The position numbers and the translations under genes are program-made. Positions 18,114 through 27,294 of a stretch of DNA of 64,000 bases are shown one piece after another. Under the pieces are notes generated by a model. It saw nothing but the letters and a program-made list of their open reading frames with translations. It had not been told where the DNA came from and ran no database searches. The DNA is from a virus. Numbering within the stretch: the stretch's first letter is position 1; each line of letters starts with the position of its first letter. The stretch is from positions 49,704-113,703 of the IMG/VR virus record IMGVR_UViG_3300044730_000313, one strand, 5' to 3'.

Positions 18114-18147
18114 GGTTAATATAAATGTTTATATCTCTACCCTACTA

Positions 18148-19338
18148 TTATGGGATTCTGGTTGTCGTACTAGTAGTAGTGGTAGTTGGGGTGGCAGTGG
18201 TAGTAGATGTAGTGGTGATACAAGAGTTATCAGCAGTTACAGTACCAAGACCAGCCTCAAGAACATCCTCAATCAATCCACCAATAGGGTTAGCAGAACC
18301 ATTAGTTTGAGTTTGAGGAGTAGCAATGATTACAGTGCTATCTTCCATGATGTAGTCACCCCACTGGTAAGCAGACTTGTTATACTCGTTGAACTTGATG
18401 TAATAAGTATCGTAGGTAGTACCATCAGATACCCAGCTCTCGAAGTTCTCGTTATAACCATTCATTCTGTAGAGGTGCTTCAAATATCCAGCTTGATAGC
18501 TGTAGAAGTTCTTCTCCAGTTGAGCAATCTCAGCAGAAGTACCAACAGCGTAAGAAGAACGCTGAATGATTACAGGAACTGCTGAAATGTTACAAGCATC
18601 AGCTACGATGAAGTCAGCTGTGGTTGCAGGTCCATTGATAATGAACGTACGGAACCACATGCGGTCATACTCGAAAGGAAATGCTGCCACATCACAAGGC
18701 TGGCCATATTTGGTAAGAGGCTTACCAGTGATACGGAGAACAGCGTTTTGGTTGTTACCAATTCTCTGGAACTCATAGAAGTCAGAGAATGTGATGTTGT
18801 CAGGATTGTTTCCAGGAGCTTGCAACAAGAAATGATAGATGATGTCATCAATCAAAGCAGGTACATCAACAATATCACAAGGATCACCACCACACTCGCA
18901 ACAAGGAGCTTGTACGGTTACTGAACGAGTGAAACCATTGAAATACAGGGTATCCAGGTAGCTAGAGTGAGCACGCAGAGTTACGGTGATAACATCACCA
19001 CACTGTACGTTCCACTGTCCAACTTCTGTAATTTGAGTTACAGGTGTAGGACATCCAACCACTTTGTACCACTCAGTTACGTTGCTGTTGCAACCAGATC
19101 CTGAAGGACAACCTTTAATCTTATCAGAACGCTTAGAGCCTTGCAGATAAGTATTAGTACGGCCCTGCGCAATATAGAAATAGGGAGCAGCGGCAATATT
19201 GCCAACTGTGGCAAGGGTGTAGTCATTTCTGAAGATACCCACTTGACCAGCGCTCAAGTTTTGCGTAGATCCAGAGCTAGGGAGCGCAGTTTGCCCTACT
19301 GGTACTACGAAGAGCGTAGTTAATGAAAAATCAGCCAT
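18148..19338 (-). CDS. Auxiliary capsid (cement-like) protein with C-terminal Thr tail
   Basis: 396 aa, beta-rich, with strong-expression codon bias like the MCP. Third gene after the MCP. Ends CITTTSTTTATPTTTTTSTTTRIP. Confidence 0.55.
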   Translation of the reverse strand: MADFSLTTLFVVPVGQTALPSSGSTQNLSAGQVGIFRNDYTLATVGNIAAAPYFYIAQGRTNTYLQGSKRSDKIKGCPSGSGCNSNVTEWYKVVGCPTPVTQITEVGQWNVQCGDVITVTLRAHSSYLDTLYFNGFTRSVTVQAPCCECGGDPCDIVDVPALIDDIIYHFLLQAPGNNPDNITFSDFYEFQRIGNNQNAVLRITGKPLTKYGQPCDVAAFPFEYDRMWFRTFIINGPATTADFIVADACNISAVPVIIQRSSYAVGTSAEIAQLEKNFYSYQAGYLKHLYRMNGYNENFESWVSDGTTYDTYYIKFNEYNKSAYQWGDYIMEDSTVIIATPQTQTNGSANPIGGLIEDVLEAGLGTVTADNSCITTTSTTTATPTTTTTSTTTRIP

Positions 19339-19366
19339 TTTGTTTTATTTTAGGTGATTAAAAAAT

Positions 19367-20098
19367 CTATTCGTTTGTTTGAATTCTGTATATCGAGTTT
19401 TGTACAGCAGATTGATTCTCAGTGTACATTGCAAGGTTTTGTACTGTTAAGTCTAACAGTTCATCCTCCAGATATAGTTCAAGTTCGCAGTCTTGATCAA
19501 ATGATGGTTGGCCATCTAGCATTACATATCCTGTCTTATTAATATATACAGGGTAACGCATATAGGACATATATATCTTACTTGGAGTGAAGGTACCATC
19601 TGTGAAGATGGATATTTCATCTGTCGAAAGGAAGTTGAAAGTCTCTTGATATTCAAAAGAAGGCTTGTAGTGAGTGTTATTCAGGATGAACTGAAGGTCA
19701 CCGTGTTTAGCCAAGTCTCTGTTAATCCAGATTTTTCTGTCCTTACACACCCCTTTGTCAGCCAGTACATATGCATCAATATAGAACATATACTTTGGAA
19801 CAAGGAGATGTATATTAGCAAACCATTGATTTAGTTCAGCGTTCTTAAGAGTGAGATCAAGAGGTTGGTGGTTATAAGTGACCACTAAGCTTTGGAGGTC
19901 CTCGTAACGCTTCTTAAAAGCGTCAAGTCCCATCCCACTCACTACACTAAAACCATCAACCTTTTGTTTTATCAGCTTAATCTGGGCCTCATTGAGAGCC
20001 AGAATTTTATCTTCTAAGTTTATCTGCTGGTGTATGTTGGTCGATAGTTTATTTAGTTTTTGGTCAATCTTGTATAATAAACTATCTACTGGTATCAT
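19367..20098 (-). CDS. Head-tail ring protein (crAss 'gene 74'-like)
   Basis: 243 aa with LNEAQ..EDLQSLV and YMRYP..DCEL..DELLDLTV; synteny. Confidence 0.55.
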   Translation of the reverse strand: MIPVDSLLYKIDQKLNKLSTNIHQQINLEDKILALNEAQIKLIKQKVDGFSVVSGMGLDAFKKRYEDLQSLVVTYNHQPLDLTLKNAELNQWFANIHLLVPKYMFYIDAYVLADKGVCKDRKIWINRDLAKHGDLQFILNNTHYKPSFEYQETFNFLSTDEISIFTDGTFTPSKIYMSYMRYPVYINKTGYVMLDGQPSFDQDCELELYLEDELLDLTVQNLAMYTENQSAVQNSIYRIQTNE

Positions 20099-21063
20099 AC
20101 TGCAGCTAATTTCTTAGATTTCAGCTTACCTTCGAGAGTGAGGAGCAAGTCCTGATTATCATCGTCAGCAAGCAATTTAATTAAATCATCTTCGTCCTTA
20201 GCTACTTCAAACTCACCCTCATAAATTTTACCATTTGGTCTTGCCCTATAGATTGAATGTGTGAGAGCTTGTTTCACTAAGTCTTTGATATGGAGTAAGT
20301 TATCCTTCATATCTGCGAAGCGTGTGAACACTTCGACAGGATTTAACCCTTGATACTTACCGTTCTTAAACTCGGTTTGTTTGAGGACATTGTCTACAAG
20401 GTTGTAAACAGCTTCCTCCTTAGTATCATCAGTTACAGGTAATCCCAACAAGCGTGCCACTTTTCTTTTTCTCTCAGGAGTCATAGTGTCAAATTTGACA
20501 ATAGCCTTGTTGATAAGTTGCTTCTTCTTGAACATCACTGCGTTTTCAATATCCTCATCAGCCACATAAAACTGTGTATCTGCAGGATATTCACCACGCT
20601 CCCAAGCTTGATAAGAGCTTGCAATTGTGGGGTGAACACGCAACCAAGAGAAGGCTATTTCCTGAAGAGGAATAGAAAGATCAAAGAAGTTGTCTCCATC
20701 AAGCAGCTTTACAGGCTGAACGTGCAAAGTGTCATTTGTAGATGTGGACATTCCATAGTTCCAGAAACTAGAACGAGGACCTAGATCAACATCACCAAGA
20801 GCAGCTTGTAGCTTGTCTCTAAGTGCTGTTACACGCTCAGTCTCCATTTCTCTCTCTAGAGGATCAGAGATTCTGCGTATGTAAGCAGCATCAGGATCAA
20901 TACCTGTGCGATACTTACCATCAAGTTCTTTGTAAGGATACTTAAACACCCCTGTTCCAGGGATGCGTGTAAGTCCTCTTAAAGAAAGGCCACCTTGCAT
21001 TGTTTGAAGTTGAGAGTTGTTATACTCCTTCTTAAGTGTTGAGATTTTACCTAACTTACCCAT
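20095..21063 (-). CDS. Conserved capsid-block protein (crAss 'gene 75'-like)
   Basis: 322 aa immediately downstream of the MCP. Confidence 0.5.
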   Translation of the reverse strand: MGKLGKISTLKKEYNNSQLQTMQGGLSLRGLTRIPGTGVFKYPYKELDGKYRTGIDPDAAYIRRISDPLEREMETERVTALRDKLQAALGDVDLGPRSSFWNYGMSTSTNDTLHVQPVKLLDGDNFFDLSIPLQEIAFSWLRVHPTIASSYQAWERGEYPADTQFYVADEDIENAVMFKKKQLINKAIVKFDTMTPERKRKVARLLGLPVTDDTKEEAVYNLVDNVLKQTEFKNGKYQGLNPVEVFTRFADMKDNLLHIKDLVKQALTHSIYRARPNGKIYEGEFEVAKDEDDLIKLLADDDNQDLLLTLEGKLKSKKLAAV

Positions 21064-21159
21064 ATGTAGTTTATTTATTTGGTTTATTTGCAGAGATGTG
21101 AGGTATGAACCTCATGGCAATTGGGAATTTCCCAATCCCCATCTCTGTAGTTTGAGAAG

Positions 21160-21185
21160 GCTCCCCCACCCTGAAAGTGGGGGGC
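21160..21185 (-). terminator. GC-rich hairpin after major capsid gene
   Basis: CCCCCAC/GTGGGGG stem, about 45 nt after the MCP stop. Confidence 0.45.
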
Positions 21186-21230
21186 ATTCCTTCTCGGTAG
21201 GTTATAAGAACAGCCTAAGCTGTAGTCTTA

Positions 21231-22784
21231 TTAGAATTGTGGGATTTCTTCAATCAACACTGTACGAGACAGGTCTTCAATGAATACATCACAACGATCC
21301 TTCATCCAGATTTCGTATCCTGGGAATTTGTTCGCAGAGCTCATACCCTGAGACTTAGCAAAGCCTAAGTGGTGGCGAGTTCCATCGATATATCCCCAAG
21401 TCATAGAAGGAGCACCCTTCATACGCACCTCACGGATGTTATTAACCATAGAGCCATCAGACATAGGACTTACGTCAAACACCATGAATACAGGGGTTGA
21501 CTTCTTGTTCTGTCCAAACTCCAGGTTAGTTTGAGGAAGGTCAAGTTCTTTCAGGTGAATCAGTTCAACACGACCAGTCTCACGAGTTACCATTGCATCG
21601 AATGCAAAGTTGTAAGTGATGTGTTGTCCTTCTCCTTGCATGTAACGGTTTCCGCTATCAGCCATGAAGGTAAGACCGCTGTTCAAAGCGTCTGTCTTCA
21701 AAGCTTGCTGGAACACGTCAAAACCTGCTTCGTTAGTGTACATTTTAACACGACGGTCTTTAACATCCACACGACGATAGAACAGGTCACCAAACACAGA
21801 ACGAATCAGGTTGGCAGTAAATTCACCACGGTTGTATTGAACCAGGTTACCGTTGTTACGCATGCGGTGGTAAACACCAGCAGAAGTACGCTTAAGTTCT
21901 TGCTTAGATCCGTTGGTCTTTACAGTACCAGGACGAGACCAAATCATACGCTTAACTTTCAACTCAAGCATAGACTTACGCATCCAGAACTCAATAAATG
22001 GCTCCCACTTAACATCGTTACGAGTTAAGGGAAGTTGGTTACGACGCTGAGGTGCATATACAAGGATATCCAAAGGACGTCCTGCAGAGTCACGCATCAT
22101 TTTGTCATCAGCCCACTCAGTGATTTTGTGCTCGAAACCATATGCAGAACCCAAAGATTCAAACATAGTGATTTGCTCACCCAAACGAGGAAGACCTAAC
22201 AAATCTTGATCGAACTCACCAATTGCAGCATCAACCAACTCAAGCTCGATACCTACCTGCAAAAAGGTGGGGCTTACGAAATCTACAGTTGGGTTGTCTG
22301 TAACCAAAGTGAAGGTGTACAAGAATCCCATGTTCCAAGGAACGGGGTCCTTGATAACATAGAAACGAGGACCATACTGACGTGTACCAACAGAAATGAT
22401 AGCGTTCTTAGAGAACTCATTTGTGTCAATTACGAGTTGGAACTCTTGACCATCGATACCAGGCTTGCTCAACTCAAGAGTTGAGTTAGGTACATCGATG
22501 ATTTTGGGGAATTTGTAGGGAACAGCTACTTGCCATTTCCAAGCATCGCTATTATTATCAATGTAATAAGGCGTGCTTTTGTTGATCATGTCAAGAAAGT
22601 CATTGCTGTACAGAGAGCTCTGTGTATAGAGGCTGATGATCTTCTTGTCGTAATCAGCAGGCTCAGTTGAGTGAAAGCTCTCCAGGTGGTTAGCGTCAGT
22701 TAGCTTACCTACAGCACGCTTGTCCATAGAAGCGACACGAGCATACGTGAAGCCAGTTAGACCTGGGATTGTTTGAATTGCCAT
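21231..22784 (-). CDS. Major capsid protein (crAss-like, HK97 fold)
   Basis: 517 aa with N-terminal LTDANHL and strong codon bias (CGT/AAC/TTC); sits after the portal and scaffold-like genes. Confidence 0.85.
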   Translation of the reverse strand: MAIQTIPGLTGFTYARVASMDKRAVGKLTDANHLESFHSTEPADYDKKIISLYTQSSLYSNDFLDMINKSTPYYIDNNSDAWKWQVAVPYKFPKIIDVPNSTLELSKPGIDGQEFQLVIDTNEFSKNAIISVGTRQYGPRFYVIKDPVPWNMGFLYTFTLVTDNPTVDFVSPTFLQVGIELELVDAAIGEFDQDLLGLPRLGEQITMFESLGSAYGFEHKITEWADDKMMRDSAGRPLDILVYAPQRRNQLPLTRNDVKWEPFIEFWMRKSMLELKVKRMIWSRPGTVKTNGSKQELKRTSAGVYHRMRNNGNLVQYNRGEFTANLIRSVFGDLFYRRVDVKDRRVKMYTNEAGFDVFQQALKTDALNSGLTFMADSGNRYMQGEGQHITYNFAFDAMVTRETGRVELIHLKELDLPQTNLEFGQNKKSTPVFMVFDVSPMSDGSMVNNIREVRMKGAPSMTWGYIDGTRHHLGFAKSQGMSSANKFPGYEIWMKDRCDVFIEDLSRTVLIEEIPQF

Positions 22785-22812
22785 TTTTTATCCTTTTGTG
22801 TTTATGAAAAAA

Positions 22813-24105
22813 TTATAAAAACCATGAATTTTGTTTAGAAGGCTGAGAGCTACTGCCAGTTCCTGACTTAACTTTAGTCACTTGTCTAGCTACTTCCCCA
22901 AACAGTTCGTTTGATTTCTTAGAAACGCCTGTTCTTTGGATGGTAGATAGTGTAGGATCTTTTTCTAAGATCTTCAGTAGCAGTGCAACCTTCACTTTAG
23001 TTGCATGGTTTTCAGGTCTTTTCAACTCTAAGATGGTACGATCAAAATCTGTGAGAGTTTCTCCTGATGCTGTTTTATACTTATCTACCAGCAGGAAGTC
23101 TTGTAGTTCGTTTGCCAACTTAGGGTTGATGGGTATCCCGTCAAACTCCTTGGATTTCAGCTTATCCTGAAGGACTTGCTGAACGTTATTAATATACTGA
23201 TTCTTGACAGCTTGTTTCTGTTGTAGCTCTTGCTCAGCCTTTTGCTCCATTTGGGCAAGTTTCTGGGCTTCCTTCTTAACAAGCACTTTGTGGTGCTTTG
23301 TTGCTACGCTTTCCAGATCGCCATAGTTTTTAAGCCTTTCCACCTCTGTATTGATGTCATCAGGCTCAAACCCTTGATCAGATAGAGCTTGCTTAATTAC
23401 TGTCACTTGATTATTCTCCTGTGACAAGTCCATATCAGCGAAGCTCACAACATTGTTATATGCACCAAAGTATTCCTTTGGATTAACACCTTTTACGAAT
23501 ATAGCATCGAACGCTTGTTGATAGTCTTCACCAAATTGACCAATGAAGTTCTGTACCATTTCAACAGCCCCTTTCTTCTTCTCATTCTGGAATCTTTCCA
23601 GAAACTCTTCAGGAGTAGAGATGTTCACTTCTTCTTCATCTTCATCCTGTGAGAAAACACCTAGTTTGAAAAGGTCGCGAGACAGAGCTGTGAATTGACT
23701 CACTTGCTCATCCACTTCTGTATTTTCATCAGAGTTAGCTTCTTCTGTTGCAGCAGGTTTAGCTTCTGCAGCAGGAGCTTTCTTTTTAACTGGTTGAGGA
23801 TCAGCTTCTTGTGCTTCTTCCTCATCCCCAGCGTTGTCTCCCAGGAAGCTAGAAATCAGGTCTTGACCTGAAAGTTCTTTACCATCTTCTTTGGGAACAA
23901 CCTCTTTACCTTTTGGAACATCAGGTTTTGTATCTGGTGTAGGGGGTGTAGCCTCTTTTACAATCTCCTGAAGTTGATCAGGACTGCTTGTAGAGGTTTC
24001 AGGAGACAGAAGATCATTCAAAAGTTCTGCTCCACCAGGTCCCATCTCCATAGTGTTCTCAATACTAAAGTTGCCAAATGATGGCGTCTCAAGGTTCTCA
24101 GCCAT
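22813..24105 (-). CDS. Acidic scaffold-like protein (crAss 'gene 77'-like)
   Basis: 430 aa with an acidic disordered N-terminus and coiled-coil C-terminus, directly upstream of the MCP. Confidence 0.6.
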   Translation of the reverse strand: MAENLETPSFGNFSIENTMEMGPGGAELLNDLLSPETSTSSPDQLQEIVKEATPPTPDTKPDVPKGKEVVPKEDGKELSGQDLISSFLGDNAGDEEEAQEADPQPVKKKAPAAEAKPAATEEANSDENTEVDEQVSQFTALSRDLFKLGVFSQDEDEEEVNISTPEEFLERFQNEKKKGAVEMVQNFIGQFGEDYQQAFDAIFVKGVNPKEYFGAYNNVVSFADMDLSQENNQVTVIKQALSDQGFEPDDINTEVERLKNYGDLESVATKHHKVLVKKEAQKLAQMEQKAEQELQQKQAVKNQYINNVQQVLQDKLKSKEFDGIPINPKLANELQDFLLVDKYKTASGETLTDFDRTILELKRPENHATKVKVALLLKILEKDPTLSTIQRTGVSKKSNELFGEVARQVTKVKSGTGSSSQPSKQNSWFL

Positions 24106-24136
24106 ATGTAGTTGTTTTTGATTGGTTTATGAAAAG

Positions 24137-24167
24137 TAAAAGTATATAATACCTATTGAATAACAAA
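24137..24167 (-). promoter_or_regulatory. Possible Bacteroidota promoter for scaffold/MCP
   Basis: TTTG-N19-TACTTTTA on the minus strand. Confidence 0.4.
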
Positions 24168-24234
24168 GAGTTAGATGGCTATATAGGCTGTTTTCGTAGA
24201 TAATATAGCATTAATGTAATTCACTCTAACCAAA

Positions 24235-24504
24235 TTACTTTAACTCCACCCATCTGAAACCCAGTTTCCATAGGAATCTGGCTGTCTTGGAGGACTCTTT
24301 ACTCACCTTTGTCTCGCTCCAATCAGGGTGTTTTAGGTGGAAATGCTCATGCAAGGCGGTGAGTAAATACCTATACCCACTCAATCTTACGTCTAATTCT
24401 ATCTTATTCTTATCATCCCAAGCCAATCCATGAGCCTTTTCTCTACCTAATTTACGGTGTTCAACTTTGTGTGGGTTTGTTATTTCCATATTGACTTGCC
24501 TCAA
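24235..24504 (-). CDS. Small HExxH zinc metallopeptidase-like protein
   Basis: IELDVRL...TALHEHFH...WSE; the start may be the internal Met (MEITNP). Confidence 0.55.
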   Translation of the reverse strand: MRQVNMEITNPHKVEHRKLGREKAHGLAWDDKNKIELDVRLSGYRYLLTALHEHFHLKHPDWSETKVSKESSKTARFLWKLGFRWVELK

Positions 24505-24700
24505 ATATCTCTTTAAGAGCTTGATAAGTAATGAGTAATGACATCCTCTTTATCTTTTCCACCATCTCAGCTTCATCCTCAGACAGCAAAACAGTGTCCA
24601 TATCCTCAACAACACCCATTGCCTGTATGCAGGCTGTGATGTCTTCATGAGGGGTGGGGTCAAATTCTAGAGTGTCATCTAATATCTCGTTGATATCCAT
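24461..24700 (-). CDS. Hypothetical acidic protein
   Basis: 79 aa ORF coupled to the portal stop. Confidence 0.55.
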   Translation of the reverse strand: MDINEILDDTLEFDPTPHEDITACIQAMGVVEDMDTVLLSEDEAEMVEKIKRMSLLITYQALKEIFEASQYGNNKPTQS

Positions 24701-27294
24701 TATTCTTTCTTAGGTTTCTTTGCTCTTCCTTTTGCGTTCTCTTTAGCTATGGCCAAATCATTTTTCTGATTCTCACGAGCCACTTGCAGTTTCTCCCTTT
24801 CGAGAGCAAGCTTTTCAGCAGCCAGTCTGTTCTTTGTACCAATGTCTGCCATCTTTATTTGGTAATCCTTATCTGTTCTTTCTCTTTCTGCAGCTAACTT
24901 ACTGACTTCCAACACATCAGGAACTCCTGACTCATCTACATCAGAGAGCCCCATACCCATGGATTTAGCTTCAGCATTAATCAGGGCAATCTCTTTCTTG
25001 TTGATACGGTCAAGCTCGTTCTGGTAGTTTTCGTTAGCAATGTCTTGTTCCTTCTGTATTTGAGCTTGTTGAATCTGGGCTTGAGCAATCTGACCTTGTT
25101 GTTCAACTTGTTGTTGCTGGATTTGCAACTGTTGTTCTTGCATAGCCTGTTGTCTGTCACGCAAGTCTTTGAACACTTTCTTCATAGCTCTCATAGACTT
25201 GGTGCTGTACAGCTCAATCACATCATATAGAGATCCACCATTCTGCATCAAAGGTTGGGCCAATTGACGAAGCTCATTGAACATTTGTGTATCCTCAGGA
25301 CGATTTGTCAAGAACACCTTTAGGTCACGAAACTTAAGGTCTGATCCATTAACAGAAACAAAAGCTGATTCACCCTCGTTAGTAATATAGCTGAGTGTGG
25401 ATTGAGGCTTCTTACTTTCTACATACAGAGCTGCATCAATGATTGCTTGATAGAGCTGACCCATTACATATTCGTGTGCTATAAACAGAGGTTCTGTCTG
25501 AGCATAAGATTGTTGTACAGCCGTGTTTACACCTGTAGCAGATTCACTAGCTGTAATAGATCCCATACGTTGTCTACTCATCCCTACGAGTTCCCAACAC
25601 TCATTCTTAAGCTGTTGGGCTAATGTATAACGAGATTGGATTTCCTGTGTTCTGGTGAGGTCAATATCTCTAAACTGGTTGAAGCTAGATGGACTCTTCA
25701 GGTTCTCAGGAGAGTCATCAATAAACACAACACCACGGTTGCGTGCTTCCATTTCCCAGATGTCTAATGCATCTTGACCATCACCATCCTTTGGAACAGG
25801 GATGTGCCTGATGGATGTCAAATACACCTTACCCACTTCCTTCTCTAGTAACTTATAAAGCTGGTTCATACATACATTGTACAACACTTGGAAAGGCTTC
25901 ATTAAATCAACCAGAGATTTAGCTTCTGTATTCTTCACCTCAAAGGTGATACCAATAATAGGGCAGTAGTTAAGAAGCTTAAATGGTTTAACATGATATA
26001 TGTCTGGACCAATCTTTGTTCCCTGATACCATTGATTAATCCATCCCCATTCTAGTGATTGTTGTGTAGGAACAGTGCCACTTTTATAATTTTCATCTAC
26101 GAGAACAGATTGTTCGTTACCAAGTTCATCTAAATAAATGAGTTTACCAATCTTCTTCTTGCTCATCCAATAACAACGAACAACAACATATTTATATCCA
26201 AATGAACTAACGTTTGATGTTAGCCCTAAGAAGTCTTTTAGTCCATCACTATTCTCCTTCATTTCTGATTCAATAATCATACGCGTTTGAAGGACCAGTG
26301 GGTCAAATGTATCGTATGTTACTGAGTCAATACCAGGCACCACATTTGGATTGCCCAAATTAGACTCACGTACATTGATAAGTCCATAGTCTTGAAGTGA
26401 GCTCCTAAGGTGATCAATTTCTTCTTTAGTGAGGTCAGGAATACTTTCAATGATTTCTGAAAGCTCCATAACTTGCACTGTACCAGCGGCATAAGCCCCC
26501 TGAGCTCTACCTGTAGGATCAGAGATATACTTACGATCAGGAGTTGTAAGAAACCAAGTGTTCTTAGGGTTAGCCACCTCAACATTAAATCCAAGCTTTG
26601 AGTTGTCTTCATATATGTGATAGAATTCTCTTCCAGAAATCAACATGTCACGAAATGCATCTTCACTCTTTTCCTTCATGTTGAATTCAGCTTTCTGACA
26701 AGTGAGTACGTGGTTAGCCCACTTCTCAGCCACAGAGGTGTAACTGTCTAACACCTCTTTCACTTCATCCATTGTCATTTGCTGCACCTCATCATCAGAA
26801 AGCTCTTGACCATTTATAGCAGCATTTGCTAGGATTTGTTGTCTAGCTCTTCCAATCACGTATTGCTGAAGGATTTCTGTTTTGAACTCGAGCTCTTCAG
26901 ACTTACTATCATCATCAAATGCTTTCACCCTGAATGTATCAGGGCGTTTACTTATTTCACCCACTAGTTCATTAACAGGGGTGGTGATGATGGAATACAT
27001 CTTTACATATGCAGGAAGTTGAAGGTCAGCTGTAAGTACATCTGTAAAGCTTCTCACCTGTGGTTCTTGATAGAAGTCTTCCATCCTCAGGATGCCCTTC
27101 ATTAGGTCATAGTTCTTTACAAACGTGTCACGGTTCTTTACAAACTCAGCATAAGCCTTGTTTGCAAAGTAGTCCATAGTGTTCTTTATCCAGCTTTCGT
27201 CCTGCTTTTCCTTGTCCGTTTTAAACTGGTCAGGAAATATGTTAAGATAGGCATACCTAATGGTAGCATCTTTCGTATATCTAATAATTGCCAT
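24700..27294 (-). CDS. Portal protein
   Basis: 864 aa with YSIITTPVNELVGE, SLVDLMKPFQVLYN, LVGMSRQRMG and a long Q-rich coiled-coil C-terminus; directly follows the terminase. Confidence 0.85.
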   Translation of the reverse strand: MAIIRYTKDATIRYAYLNIFPDQFKTDKEKQDESWIKNTMDYFANKAYAEFVKNRDTFVKNYDLMKGILRMEDFYQEPQVRSFTDVLTADLQLPAYVKMYSIITTPVNELVGEISKRPDTFRVKAFDDDSKSEELEFKTEILQQYVIGRARQQILANAAINGQELSDDEVQQMTMDEVKEVLDSYTSVAEKWANHVLTCQKAEFNMKEKSEDAFRDMLISGREFYHIYEDNSKLGFNVEVANPKNTWFLTTPDRKYISDPTGRAQGAYAAGTVQVMELSEIIESIPDLTKEEIDHLRSSLQDYGLINVRESNLGNPNVVPGIDSVTYDTFDPLVLQTRMIIESEMKENSDGLKDFLGLTSNVSSFGYKYVVVRCYWMSKKKIGKLIYLDELGNEQSVLVDENYKSGTVPTQQSLEWGWINQWYQGTKIGPDIYHVKPFKLLNYCPIIGITFEVKNTEAKSLVDLMKPFQVLYNVCMNQLYKLLEKEVGKVYLTSIRHIPVPKDGDGQDALDIWEMEARNRGVVFIDDSPENLKSPSSFNQFRDIDLTRTQEIQSRYTLAQQLKNECWELVGMSRQRMGSITASESATGVNTAVQQSYAQTEPLFIAHEYVMGQLYQAIIDAALYVESKKPQSTLSYITNEGESAFVSVNGSDLKFRDLKVFLTNRPEDTQMFNELRQLAQPLMQNGGSLYDVIELYSTKSMRAMKKVFKDLRDRQQAMQEQQLQIQQQQVEQQGQIAQAQIQQAQIQKEQDIANENYQNELDRINKKEIALINAEAKSMGMGLSDVDESGVPDVLEVSKLAAERERTDKDYQIKMADIGTKNRLAAEKLALEREKLQVARENQKNDLAIAKENAKGRAKKPKKE

